From: Squalus acanthias
Lineage: Eukaryota
NCBI GenBank assembly: GCA_030390025.1
Contig: CM059431.1
Coordinates: 116,872,001 to 116,936,000, forward strand
Reading direction: 5' to 3'
Length of the DNA: 64,000 nucleotides
The notes beneath the pieces were generated by a model. The model saw nothing but the letters and a program-made list of their open reading frames with translations. It searched no databases and was not told the origin of the DNA. This document shows, piece after piece, positions 21,747 to 34,614 of this stretch (positions are counted from its first letter, which is position 1; every line of letters begins with the position of its first letter). The position numbers and the translations under genes were made by a program.

Positions 21747-23719
21747 AAAGAGTCTGCAAAGGGATATAGGTAGACTAAGTAAGTGGGCAGTAAGGTGGCA
21801 GATGGAGTATAATGTAGGGAAATGTGAGGTTATTCACTTTGGTAGGAAGAATAGAAAAACAGAATATTTTTTAAATGGTGAGAAACTTTCAAATGTTGGT
21901 GTTCAGAGAGATTTGGGTGTCCTTGTGTAAGAAACACAGAAAGCTAGCATGCAGGTACAGCAAGCAATAAGGAAGGCAAATGGCATGTTGGCCTTTATTG
22001 AAAGGGGGTTGGAGTATAAGAGTAACGAAGTCTTGCTACAATTATATAGGGCCTTGGTGAGACCACACCTGGAGTACTGTGCACAGTTCTGGTCTCTTTA
22101 TCTAAAGAAGGATATACTTGCCTTGAAGGTGGTGCAACAAAGGTTCACTAGATTGACTCCTGGGATGAGAGGGCTGTCCTATGATGAGGGATTGTATAGA
22201 ATGGGCCTATAATCTCTGGAGTTTAGAAGAATGAGAGGTGATCTCATTGAAATATATAAGATTCTGAAGGGGATTGACAGGGTAGATGCTGAGAGGTTGT
22301 TTCCCCTGGCTGGAGTGTCTAGAACTAGTGGGCATAGTCTCACGATAAGGGGTCGGCCATTTAAGACTGAGATAAGGAGGAATTTCTTCACTCAGCGGGT
22401 TGTGAATCTTTAGACTTCTCTGCCCCAGCGGGCTGTGGATGCTGAGTCTTTGAATATATTCAGAGCTGAGATAGATAGATTTTTGGACTCTAGGAGGAAT
22501 CAAGTGATATGGAGATCGGGCGGGAAAGTGGAGTTGAGGTCGATGATCAGCCATGATCTTATTGAATGGCGGAAAAGGCTCGAGGGGCTGTATAGTCTAC
22601 TCCTGCTGCTATTTCTTATGTTCTTATGTTCTTAAGTCCAGTGGCAGATACCCTCATTTACATATGTTGCGATTGTCCAGCAGCATGGGCACACATGTTA
22701 CGGGAAGGCCTCAGATGGCAATAAAACTGGAGTGCAGCCATTACTGGACAGCATCTGCCTCAATATGCAGGTCTCAAAACTGCTGTGCCAAATCAAAATC
22801 AAAAATGCAGCGTCAATGGAAATCAATGAAAATTAAAATCAAGTGCTTTCTATAACGGCCGGCCAATCTGCAACACTGGTTCTACACACTTGGGTAGCAA
22901 GTTGCAAATCTATCTCAATGTGTTCATGAAGGGAGGGAAGAAAACTGGTAAGAAAAAAACGTTTCCTAAAACTTCATGCATAATCTAATTATCACACTTG
23001 GGCAGATATTTAATTGTTACCTTTGTTGTCTAATATCCTTAATTAAAGGCTATGGCCACTAATTTCACAAGACATTGAAAAAAGAAGAAAAAGTCTCCCC
23101 TGTTTTATTAGAAACGTTTAAACAAATTAATGGCAATATGTGTCGGAGTAGTAACATATTGAGACAGTTATTATGAGTAAGGATGTATTTGAGCTGTTGA
23201 GAGTCAGATCTGAGCCAATTACGGTTAATACCATCAAGAATAATAACTGCATATTTTGAATGTAAATTTGACAAAAGAAATATTAACCATAGCACCAAAG
23301 TCATTACAGATGGTTTATATGGCCAAGCACAAAAACAGAGCATTGTACAAAAGATAAAGGGAGTGCTAATAAACTCATAATTAATGAAAGTTAAAATAAA
23401 AGACTTATAACTATGATTGTCAGAGATGTCTCATCATTATAGTTAAAAAGGGCTCCTTGGCAGTGAAGATATATCCTGCTGAATAATATATGCAGACAGA
23501 CCATGTTAATCTTGTGCAATGTGGAGACTTAGATAGCATATTTTTGTCTTTGTATTAATTTTGATCAAAAGAAGACTTGAACAAACAAGATGGAACCAAG
23601 AAAGACTAGTAGAAATTTTTTGCAGTCTATTCATCCATTTATAAATATTACTTTGAATCTTCCTTCCATCCTAAAATGGGATCACGGAAATTAGCAAATA
23701 TAATTGACACATACGAGGG

Positions 23720-24450
23720 CAGTGGACTCCAGCATGACCCCTTTCACCACCGCGCATTCTGGGAGATGGACCTCAGTGACTGCAGATAGGAGTGGTTCTC
23801 GTCAAACACCCCTTTCAGCGCAGACTCATACAGACAGAGGCCGCTAGCTCCTCAGCAAAGGCCAGCCATCTCTTGAAACCTCTGCTGGGGTACGACAGAA
23901 TCCTCTTTCACTCCTAATCCTCAAACTCCCTTGTGCTCTGTGAATCTTACTGTGCAAAATCCTCATCCACACTTTCTTTCTCCCGCCTGTTGAAAATCTC
24001 TATGCTGATAAGTGGGGAAAAAGGGATGAATAACATCAGGGTTAAAGTGAGGGCCTCTGGCCAGAAGCAGTGGGACTAGTCTCATGATAATCATCCTTCT
24101 TGTCCTGCTCCTCCTTCTCTTCTTCTTCTTCATCTGCATCCCTTGACTAATCTGTGGAAAAAGAACATAGAAGCTAAGAATGGATGTGCACCATCCAGAG
24201 ATAGGAATGTGATAGAGATAGCCTTGCTCTGGACTTTTCTGGCTCACCGCTGATGTAAACTACTGCAGCAGTTACTAGCAATATTTTACCCACACTCAGA
24301 GCTGGCACAGGCCAACTGACTTCTTTATCACCAACAGCTCCAATGCCTGGTCCTCATATGGAATGAGCTGCCTGATGTCTGGGAGCACTTGCACAGGCCT
24401 TGGCCTCTTGCATATTTTTTGCCCTCCACTGCCAAATGTTAAACGCTGGA
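23720..24450 (-). pseudogene. Possible old Harbinger Myb-partner relic
   Basis: PDIRQLIPYEDQALELL resembles partner exon 2 (NLTPAEEHTLEI), followed by an acidic low-complexity stretch. Confidence 0.4.
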
Positions 24451-25199
24451 CATCTGGGCATAACAGGTGGCTCTTGTGTTTGAACAGTGTAAATGGTGAG
24501 AAACAGGATGTACTTCCCTTATTTGTATACCAATGTTGTATTCTTACCCAATGGAGCCAGTCCCCAGAAAACCTGAGGGCAGTTTTCTGCCCCCACCCAT
24601 CCCAGATCCACAAAAATGTTGGGAAGGGATGGTTAAACAGAGAGACATAAAATATTTCCTAGCATAGATTTGTACTGACAGGACATCCAACTAATTTACC
24701 ACAAATTAATTTATGTTGATTAAAATAATCTCAAATTTTCAAAATGGAGCCTTTACCTCACATCCACTGCAATATATTAGATGTAGCAAATTGGCTCAGT
24801 AGTCAGTCAAGTGTTTGTGTACTCAACTTTATGATTGAGATTTTGTAACCAATAAACAGCTTTATAGTGCATGACCGATTGCCTAGCGTCTTCCTTAATG
24901 ATTTGGCAAGGAAAGGTTAATTCATTCACTCAGTAGCTTGTAGGCAATGTTCCCTCTAATTTATTTTGGCTCCACATGCGCGGTTTTTGCATTGAAAATC
25001 CGGCAAGCTGGCTGCACGGGATCCCTGGAGCGTTGCTTGTAGGTATTCTAATCGTGGCTTGAACTAAAACTTAAATTTATTCGAAACTGGTTAATGTAAG
25101 GGCAGTTCAGTGAGCTGACTCAGGCATCACTCACTCCTGGACCGACACTGGGGGGTAAATCCCAGATGGTTCCTAGAGAGGGCGTTTTTATTGATTCAT

Positions 25200-25510
25200 T
25201 TGAATTTGCTTGCCACTTTCCTCCCCATTAATTCTAAAGGCCTTGACTCCTCACTGAGTTACAGTTCCATTGTGCTGGTTGTCCTTTAAACCATTCATTC
25301 AAATGATGATTATTGACCTGTGAACCTTGACAGCAAGCACCAGCAGAGTATTTAACCAGTTGAGCCCAAGCTGATTTTCCTTTCCTTAACACAAGAGTGT
25401 TGAGGACAATAGTTGCCAATTGCTGAAATATTTGGTGCCACTCTGGCTGAGCTCAGCTAGCCCAGCAAAGACCAAGGATTGTGTCTGGGACTTCCCTGAC
25501 TGTAAGGCTT
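25200..25510 (-). mobile_element. Ancient tRNA-derived SINE (AmnSINE2-like, from memory)
   Basis: tgagctcagctagcccagcaaagaccaaggatt...tgggacttcc shared with 39400-39790 and 51230-51590. Confidence 0.5.
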
Positions 25511-26801
25511 AACTTCAATGAGCCACGGTGGGGGGTACCTTTGTACTATTTATTATCTCCCTGCTCCACACTGCTCCCCCCATGTTTAGAATTTCCATTT
25601 CTAGAGTTTCTGACACATGTAGTTCTCTTGTATTCTTTGGAACCTGTGCTAGGAATTTTATTGGGGCTTCTTCCGCTCTACCACTGTAACTTTGACAGAA
25701 GATCAGCAGGAACCCCATTTATGTGCATATTTCTGTGTTCAGTGGGACAGCCTAAAAACAGATCCAGCAGTCCAAAACTATACATCCATGAGGCATTGGG
25801 GACCATCATCAGCAAAGGAATTATATACCATTCCGATCTGCAACCTCATGACCCGACACTTGCCTCGCTTGTCCAACATTATCAAGCCAGGAGACCAACT
25901 TTGCTTGAATGCAGAATGTAGAAGAGGTGCCAGGACCAGTGACAGGAATACCTTAGAAGGCAGAACCAACTTAATGGAGCTACAACACTGGGTTACCTGC
26001 ATGGTAACGCCAAATGGAGTGAGCTATAGACAGGTATAATTGGCTGCACAGCCAATGGACAGAAGAAGGTTCTGTAGCCCTACCACAGCCAATCGAGAGT
26101 GGTGGTGGGCAATTAGGCAACCAACAGGAGATGAGTTTAACCTATCTTCAACTAAGGCAGAGCCCAACATGTGTGCAATAGACAAGGCTAAAGTGGTTGC
26201 AAACATCTTCAGCTATAGTCCCACGTGGATGATGTTACTCAACCTCCTCCCATCCTAGCATCCAGTTTATTTTATCTGAAATGAAGTGCCTGGACACAGT
26301 GAATATTATTGGTCCTGACAATATCCAAGCTATAGTGCTGAAGCCCTGTATAACTAGTCAAGCCATTCCAGTGCAGCTATGACTGGCATCTAATCAACAA
26401 TGTAGAAAATTACCCAGCTTAGTCCTATCCACAAAAAACAGGACAGATCTAATTTGACCAATTACTGCCTATTCACTCTCCTAGTCGCTGACTCTCAGGC
26501 CGGAATCTTTATCTTGGAGTCAGGTCGGGTGCGTGTGGACTGCGTAGCAGGTTGGGAACCCAAAGATTTGAACAGCGCGTTCTGCACTGCGCATTTAACT
26601 TAATGGCCCCAATTAAAACAGTCAGGTGTCTTTCCAGGCCCAATTAAATTGAGCGGGTCTGACGATGTCACCGGTGACTTGTTTTCAACGCGGATATTTA
26701 AAGCAGCCTTGCACACATCTCATTTGAAGGTTGATGGAGGAGTGTAGAAAGTGGTTTCAAGAGCTCTAAATTACGCAATAAGACTGACAAATCTGTGGGG
26801 C

Positions 26802-27980
26802 ATGGAGACAAGACAGAGGGCCGCGCCAAGATTCACAGATGCCTCCCTGGAAGTGCTGGTGCAGGCAGGAAGAGCACGCAGGGAGGTCCTCTTCCGTGGG
26901 GATGAAAAAAAACAACCACCCAAAGAGACAAAACGGGTATGGCTAGAGTTTGCAGAGGAGGTCAGTAGCAGGGATGTCATGAGGAGGACGTGGATCCAAT
27001 GCCGGAAAAGATTCAATGATCTCATGAGGTCAGGAAAGATGAGTGCAATGCCACACTCACCTACATCCTGATATGCCTGTCACCACAACCTCATCACTCT
27101 GCCTTCTCAAGCCTACTCCTGCACATCACACCAACCTACCTTGCAGGTCCACCCATCTCTCTCTGTCTATGCACCTACTCACACCCCCGTCTGACTAACC
27201 GCCACTGACATTCACCCTCATCCTAATGCAATCATAGCAAGTAACACCCTAGACGGAGGCCATTTGGCAATGTCACGCCAATCCCTCATAGTCACCCTCT
27301 ACAAATGTAGCCCATCCATTCCTTACACTCATTCCATCACTCTCACTCAAAGTTCTCTTCTTTTCCTCCTTGCAGGAGAAGAGAGCGCACAACAACAGGG
27401 AGAGGCAGAGAACCGGAGGTGGCCCTCCAGTCTTTAGTAATTTGACACCAGCAGAGGAGCATACCCTCGAAATCTCTGAAGTTGCAGAGCTGCTGGCGGT
27501 GGGAGACGGAGAGAACGGTACATCCCAGCAACCTGATGACAGTATTAAATCTCATACAGCCACATGGCATACCAGTCACTCATATGGTGACTGAATTCAG
27601 CAGCCAGTCAAATGTCATCATGTGCATAATGGTAATGTTACACATTCTTATCATAAGAATTCAAATTCATCTCTTTACTCTCCCACAGGTCCATCAAGTG
27701 CCCCCCCCGCCAACCACTCCCACGCCAACCCCCCCTCCCCCACCCCCCGCCACTGTGCAGCCGCAGGAGGAAGACGATTCTTCAGAGGAAGCTCCATTCT
27801 CTGCGGGTGCACCGTCACCAGACCCATGCACAGGCAGCACCAGCGCAGATACACACACCCCGGTGGGCCCTGTGCGAGATAGACTAGTGTTGTCACCTGG
27901 TGTCTCACACTTCACAAGTGAGCAGGAGCAGATGGTGGAGACAGAGACAGCAGTGGAGACTCCTCGCCGGAGGGCACAGA
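26802..27980 (+). pseudogene. Myb/SANT-like partner pseudogene (exons about 26802-27038, 27376-27535, 27689-27980)
   Basis: PRFTDASLEVLV...WLEFAEEV...QCRKRFNDL; ERQRTGGGPP; exon-1 donor reads ATGAGT instead of GTGAGT; truncated. Confidence 0.85.
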
Positions 27981-28682
27981 ACACAAGAGTCATGACAGCT
28001 GCCAGGGAATCTGGCACACACATGCATGATGATCTTTTTATGATTGCAGACGAGCTGCACATTGAGGGAGTGGAAGCCCTTGCGGGGTTACAAACACTCC
28101 TGGATGATGTGGTGATGCCTTGATGGCCACATGTGTGTAGTCGATGACGCCCTGCACCTGTGGGAAGCCAGCCAGAGCCGCAAAGCCAAGTGCCCGCTCA
28201 GTAACACTGGCTTCATCACTGGCAAAGTTTACATAAGTGGCTGACTTGTGAAACAGGGTGATACATTGTGGGCGGCCGACTGCGGGATCCCGCAAATGTC
28301 TACTGTAGATCCCTGAAAGGAGCCTGAGGCAAAGAAGTTGAGGCCGGTGATGACCTTGACAGCCACTGGTAAGGCATGTCCACCAGGTCCTCTGGGCACC
28401 ACAAACTACAGCAAGCTACAAACGTCTGCGATGACCTGGCGCTATAGCCTGAGCCTCCTGAAGTACTGCTGCTCAGTCATGTCCAGGAAGCTCATCCTCT
28501 GCCTGTATAGGGGGTATCGCCTCTGGCTGACCCACTCTCTCCTGTGAAGCATGAGGTCATTGAGGAGAAGGCGGCTTTTGTGGTTGCTGCTGCTGCTGGT
28601 GTTGTGGTTGGTGTTGTTGGTGCTGGGGCTCATCTTGGTTCAATTTTGAGGTCCAAGGTGAGACAGCATAAGCGGCACCCAT
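27981..28682 (-). pseudogene. Harbinger transposase, N-terminal half
   Basis: SFLDMTEQQYFRRLRL, GFPQVQGVIDYTHV; frameshifts; ends at the deletion junction. Confidence 0.85.
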
Positions 28683-31548
28683 GCTGATCTAGTAGATGGC
28701 AGGTAAAGTGAGATCAGAGGCCCAATCCCTCAATGTTCTGATAGTGACTAGCAATGTGGTAAGAGTGGGTTCCAAGGTTGCAGAAATGACCTACAAACTC
28801 CTGACAGCTAAATCTCTGCACAAACGGGTGTCAGCCAGAGCCTTCCCATTAGGCAAGTAAGCAGGTGTTAATGTATGATTACTTGTATGCTCTTTCCAGC
28901 TGTCACTTAATGGACTCGCACAATGGCCACTGAGCTTCCACCTCCCCTTCACAGACAAGGTTCCTGAGGTGCGTGAATCCTGTGCTTCAGCAGTTAAAGC
29001 CAAAATCTGATGTTAAAAAGCCTCTTCAGGGTCTCTCAACAAGCATTTCATTATTTCAATGAGGTCGCCCGCCTCTCCCAACTGGGTCCGTGGCGCGCTG
29101 GGAAATGCGCCCGAGTTAAATGCGGAAGCCGGCAGGATGACGCTGGGTTCCCAAGGCGCTGGCAATTTCCGCGATTTTACTGTTGACCCACCCCCAAACC
29201 CGCACGCTCGGCACTGGGAAAATTCCGGCTTCAGGTTGTGCCAGAAACAGTCAGTTCCCGATTTCATCACAGCCTTGACATCAAGCAAAAGTTCGCCAAA
29301 TATGGTACCAAGGAGCATTAGCAAAAGTGAAAATCAATGGGACTCAAGGGGAGGCCATTCATTTCCCAAACATTGCTGCAGGTAGTTCCTCGGGACAACG
29401 TCCTTGGCCCAACCAACTGCTTCATCCATGATCTTCTCTCCATAGGTCAGGAATGGGGCGACTTGCAAATAATTCCGGTATTCAGCTCTATTCACAACTA
29501 CGCCGATAATCAAGCAGCCTATGCCAGCAGACAACATTGCCAGGTAGTCATAGTAGTGCTGCAGGCATTGCATCACAGTGAAGGATGAAGAGATCTTACA
29601 GTCGTATGACCGATGTGGGACAGAGATTCCTCTTTTGCATTTGGATGTGAGGAGTGCATAAGGAAAGATCAAATGGGAAGGATCATGCACCTGTAATGGA
29701 GACCACCCAATCTTCTGTTCATTCATTAGTTTTAATGGACAGAAAATTAGCCAGGCTTCATTGCTGCTGTGTGATCCTCTCTGCTGATTTTCCTCTATGC
29801 ACTCTGCCCAGGGGATTATTTGTGCCTAATCTGTCCTGGTCTATTTATTTTTATGGAATTAACTTAATGAGACATTTTAATGAAAAGTCAGTGTAAGATT
29901 GTCAAAGGTCCTGAACCCTAATTCCAATTGAACTTTTATAGCTCAATTTTAACAAGCAAAAGGAGATGGGACACTCACTTCTTTAAGTAAGATCTGGCCT
30001 CTAATAATTGATTTAAATTGGTGTTTCTGTTAAAGTGCACTATTCTAGTAAAGCTGGGTTTAATATTACACGGATAATGCAAAATGGTGGTAATTGTTAG
30101 ATTACTGACAATTGCAATCAGGAGTGAATGTGTATCAACACTGCCCCATACGTATTATGAGGCACAAGCTATCCAAACTATTATAAACTCTCCTATCATC
30201 GAAAATACTTTTTCTTTGCAAAATAATTATTGAAGACATAGTAAACGTGCGTGATAATGCTTTTGTAAAAAATATTAACATTTTACATTTCCTTGTTACT
30301 TTAATTAAGAAAAAGATAATTATGCGACGCCAAGCGAAGGTCCGAACAGTTTCTGCATATCTTATTGTCGCAGTTTGGAGCTGCTTTGATCTCTTCTGTC
30401 CACATTAGCAATGCTGTTGTATTTCAGGTAGTAGAGGTTGGATTTTGATCTTATTTACAAGTATTCGATTCAGAGTCTCCGAAGATCAGCGGCTGTTCCA
30501 GAAGACACCTGTCGTAAATCTGGCGGCAGCCTGCTGGAATCGTCACAATCCCAGCCAAGACCTGGCCACACCGGATCCCGGCCAATCAGCTGGTGTTACC
30601 AGGGCGGCCCTGAGGAGAGGAAGCTTCCAATGCGTCTACAAAGCCATTGACATAAGGGGTGGATCCAGGAGCAGGGAGTTCCTTAGTCAGAAGTTCTTGC
30701 TCCTCGGTCCTCAGTTGCGACGTGGCATTCAATTGGTAGAAGTGTACCTTGTTTCACCGCATGAACCTGGATGGCAGGGGTCCCCCCTGGTGCTCCAGAC
30801 TGGGGTCGTTACTTGGAATCCTGGAGATGGGGGACCCAGAATTATTTCAGGGAGTTTGAAGCATCTGCGCCCCCCTCGCCCCGTAAGAAAAATTATGATA
30901 TATTTTCGTTACTGCTATTTGATTCTGTTAAATTCTGACCACATGCTCTCAGGCAATCCTTATCAGGGATGTCCTGATTACTTTAGAACACTCCCATTGT
31001 ACTCAGTGCATTGCCTGCTTTCCTAACAGTAAAACTAATCAAAGGACAGACAGGGTGAATGTGGCAGATACCAGACAGGGAGAAAACAGGAATAATTAAA
31101 TCATGAAATAGCTGTTGATCACATTGCTTGTCGTGATCTCTGATCAACCAAGGCCATGTCGTATATTCTGTCCTCATGACATGATCAAAACGTTCTCAAG
31201 CAGGACTAGCTACATGATTAAATAAAAGGGAAGAATAACTTTATGAAATGCATGCGTGCAGCAATGAGGATAAAAAGAGTGACCTGGGAGAGAGATTTCC
31301 AAGAAGGAAAGAGACAGGAACATCAGAAGAAGACTTTGCTTGAGATTCTGAACCCCTTCCCAGGCATGGTTAACATTAATCTGTTATGTGCTGCAGTTAA
31401 ATCACTGTTCAAAACATTAACGTGTACTGAGACTTGTTAGCTTTTCTGCAATAAGCACTTGCTACTGTTAAAAACGATTACATTTGTGTCGACCTATTTT
31501 AAGTCTTACACCCCCACACCCTTGTAAGGCACCCAGACTGTAGGGGTA

Positions 31549-32065
31549 TCATAGAATCATAGAATGGTTACAGCACAGAAGGCGGCCATTCGGCCCATCG
31601 AGCCCGTGCCGGCTCTCTGCACGAGCACTTCAGCTAGTCCCACTCCCCCGCACTTTCCCCGGAGCCCTGCAATTTTTTTTCCTTCAGGTAATTATCCAAT
31701 TCCCTTTTGAAAGCCACGATTGAATCTGCCTCCGCCACCCTTTCAGGCAGTGCATTCCAGATCCCAACCACTCGCAGCGTAAAAAGTTTTTCCTCATTTT
31801 ACCTTTGGTTCATCTGCCAATCACCTTAAATCTGTGTCCTTTGGTTCTCGACCCTTCCGTCAATGGGGACAGTTTCTCTCTATCTACTCTGATTAGACCC
31901 CTCATGATTTTGAACACTTCTATCAAATCCCCTCTTAACCTTTTCTGCTCTAAGGAGAACAACCCCAGCTTCTCTAGTCTGTCGACATAACTGAAGTCGC
32001 TCATCCCTGGAACCATCCTTGTAAATCTTTTCTGCACCCTCTCTAAGACCTTCACATCCTTCGGG
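31549..32065 (-). mobile_element. CR1 3' fragment
   Basis: KDVKVLERVQKRFTRM...RLRGDLIEVFK in ORF 31810..32259; (GATTCTAT)n-type tail. Confidence 0.92.
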
Positions 32066-32961
32066 TACACCCTGGCATCCCCTTCCCGGGCCAGCCAGCT
32101 ACCAGGAACATTTCTGGGATCTTTAGTGGGGGAATGCCACAAATGGGCCTTCAAAAGCCGAAGGTCCATTTCTGCTTTCCTCTCTCCTGACTGTGCAACT
32201 TTTGATGATGTGGCTGTGGCCATGTGAAGGAATAAGCCATATTCAGAAAAATACACCATTCTATGAAATAATTCTGGCTTTATTAAAACATGACAAACTA
32301 GGTCTGGAAATCTAGAAACCTGGCTATGAAAAGCTGTATTGTTAACAGCATTCAGGCTATTGGGATATGATAAGTTGTTGACACTGAATCAATAACCTTA
32401 TTGAAACAGGAGGTTGGAGGCTCCTGAAGTCTGAAGCTTTGAAAGAACACAATCGTACACCCTGTTAAGGTGTTCTAAATTACACTTTGGAAAGAAACAC
32501 ATAAAATTAAGAAACATATGCCTTCGTAAAAATGACATCAAATGAAACACAGGAGACACGATTCTGTGTTGCAACCAGCTGAGGTAACTAAGAATTGCAT
32601 AGATCACCCTGGTTGAGGTGTTTTAATTTACACGTCGTAAAAAGACACAAACAGAAGACCTTGGTAAGAATGACATCAAATAGATGCACCTGCTGTTACA
32701 CCATTTTTTATGATAAGCTTCAAACACCTAAAGGAGAGATAAGAGACTGCATTGCTACCAGCTGAGGTGACTGTAAGAATAGCAGAGGTCAGCAGAAAAA
32801 TGACTGGAGATAATTAGCTTCCATCAGCAGAAAACTTCAAAGGAAATACCACTGAGAAAGGATATAAATATTGAACTTTCAAATGGGATGATAGTCTCGC
32901 TGTAAAGGGGCAAAGCGATTCTCAGGCTTCAAAGGCAGGCTCTGTAAGTCTACAACTCTTT

Positions 32962-33639
32962 GGGCTGCATTTTCATTGACCCGTGGAGGCGGGTTTGGAG
33001 GCATGTGGGGGGTTAAAATTGCGAAAAGTGGCGGGCGGGCACAAGTCCGCCTCCATCCCGCCTCCACGCAACTTTGATGAAATCGTGTCTGCTGGTCCCA
33101 CCTGCGTCCCGCCTTTAAGAGACAGGATAGGCTGTTAAGGCCCTTAACAAGCACTAAATTGGCTCTATAATGCCATTTTGAAAGGCCTTTGTGATTTTAA
33201 CCCTTGTTCTACGTGAAGCACGCCTGTTCTGAAACACGATTGTGAAACCTGGCGGGAGCACATGTGGATAGCTGAATATCAGTGGCTGCGCTGAGTATCA
33301 GTGAGTGGCTGGCTGGCATCTGGGAGTGGTGGAGCAAAAAAAAATTCCCTCTCTCTCTCTCTCTCTCTCTCCTTAGAGCTGCTGCTCATTTTGCATCCAG
33401 GTCCTCTCACAGCAAAGGCCAGGCAGTCTCTGACCTTCAATGCAGCATCAATGATGACATCATCAGAGGCGACTTTCAGACTGAAACCACTAATTGGTTC
33501 ATGGGTACCCACATGCTGGAACTCAATTGCCCAATTAGGTGAACATTGCATCAAACTCCCACATCCAATTGCAGTCGGGTGGATAACACGAAATGCGGAT
33601 GACACGACCCCAACCTGCCCCAGTATCAAAATCCAGCCC
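32962..33639. mobile_element. Harbinger-type MITE
   Basis: TIRs gggctgcatttt / aaaatccagccc; subterminal ggaggcgggtttggag as in 43663; flanking triplets TTT/AAA do not form a direct TSD. Confidence 0.72.
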
Positions 33640-33852
33640 AAAGTGTCTCGGGGATCAACGGTACTGTATTTGATTTTGGTGGATATTCTGAATAAGGCTA
33701 GAACTGTAAAAATGTAGCGAAGTTAAGATCTGATGATAAGAATTGTAAGCTTTCTCTTTTTGGAACTGTTAATGTTGCGATTGAAACACCTACTGTAACT
33801 ACATGTCGGTTCTTTAATAAATCTATATATTTTTAGAATTGTCTCACATAAT

Positions 33853-34614
33853 GGCCCAGAAATTCGCCTCTCCGGCTTGCCGTGGGGGTAAGGATCGCGC
33901 GCGCTCTTACCTACCATGCCTGCCGTTGTGTTTTGGGCCCACGGGAACTTCAGCTCCTGGGCCTGCTCCAAGAGCCGGCGCGCAGTGCTTGCATGTCCCA
34001 GGGGCGTAGTTAGTGCGATGCGTCCCCTGGGATCACATGGGCCATGGAGAGCCAATGGCAGCAGACCATCTTTCATTCATAGATTTGACAGGAGACCTGT
34101 CAAATCTGTGAATTGAAATCAGCCCCAAAAGAACAGCTAAACTTAAAATAAATTTTTAAAAAAACCATCACATTTATAAAATAACTATAGTTAAATAAAT
34201 TAACCACTTTAAACAAAAAATAAATTTTTGAAAAAATTAAAATACTTTTTAAAAGTGATAAAAATAAACTTACCTTTCTTTAAAGTATCTAAAAAAGATA
34301 AACCTGTTGAAATTTTTTTTAATTATACTTAATTAACCACTTACCTTGTTGAAAACGGGTCCTGCGCCTCCTTTTTAATAGCGTAGTTTCTTCAATACTT
34401 ACCCTCGCGTAGAAACCTGAAAAAAAATCTAAGTTTGTTGCGTGTGCGCAGCCTCTACCGCGCACGCGGTTCACCTAGGAACTGCCCCCTTCACCATACC
34501 AGAAGTTCTGGTTTCCCGCGCATGCGCAGTGCATGCAGGAAACCGGCACTTCGAGACGCATTACGGGTGAGTACAGACTGTGTACTCACCCGGGAAGGGC
34601 CAAATTTTTGGCCC
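33853..34614 (+). mobile_element. Harbinger-type MITE family C, copy 1 (762 bp)
   Basis: TIRs ggcccagaaatt / aatttttggccc; flanks AAT/ATT; colinear with 50316-51077. Confidence 0.88.

Larger units (their letters stand above)
15336..22634 (+). mobile_element. 5'-truncated, decayed CR1 (late endonuclease to 3' UTR) carrying two Harbinger insertions
   Basis: EQYVMEPTRE...LVLCNE start; PLGNK|NSTGKVIHPWL and EENTK|SLQRDI rejoin across the insertions; RT ORFs 20064..22413; tail (TTCTTATG)n. Confidence 0.92.
26498..29230. mobile_element. Harbinger family B, internally deleted
   Basis: TIRs ggccggaatcttt / gaaaattccggct; TCA TSD at 26495-26497 and 29231-29233; the 3' halves of both genes are removed at about 27980. 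Confidence 0.9.
25620..29640 (+). mobile_element. Old decayed LINE related to 9765-10663, interrupted by a Harbinger
   Basis: GPDNI, PIHKKQDRSNLTNYCLF before 26497; after 29231 VPRDNVLGPTNCFIHDL, with nucleotide similarity to about 9765-9890. Confidence 0.7.

Noticed and set aside
30436..30890. GC-rich MITE-like patch and ORF 30445..31026 (similar patches near 11230, 11750, 35400, 42920, 57110, 63520)
   Set aside because: Probably decayed MITEs, but no paired TIR/TSD could be fixed and the ORFs have no recognisable motifs.
33640..33852. Inversion between adjacent MITEs explaining the mismatched TSDs
   Set aside because: Inverting the spacer, or the whole block, does not restore direct repeats.
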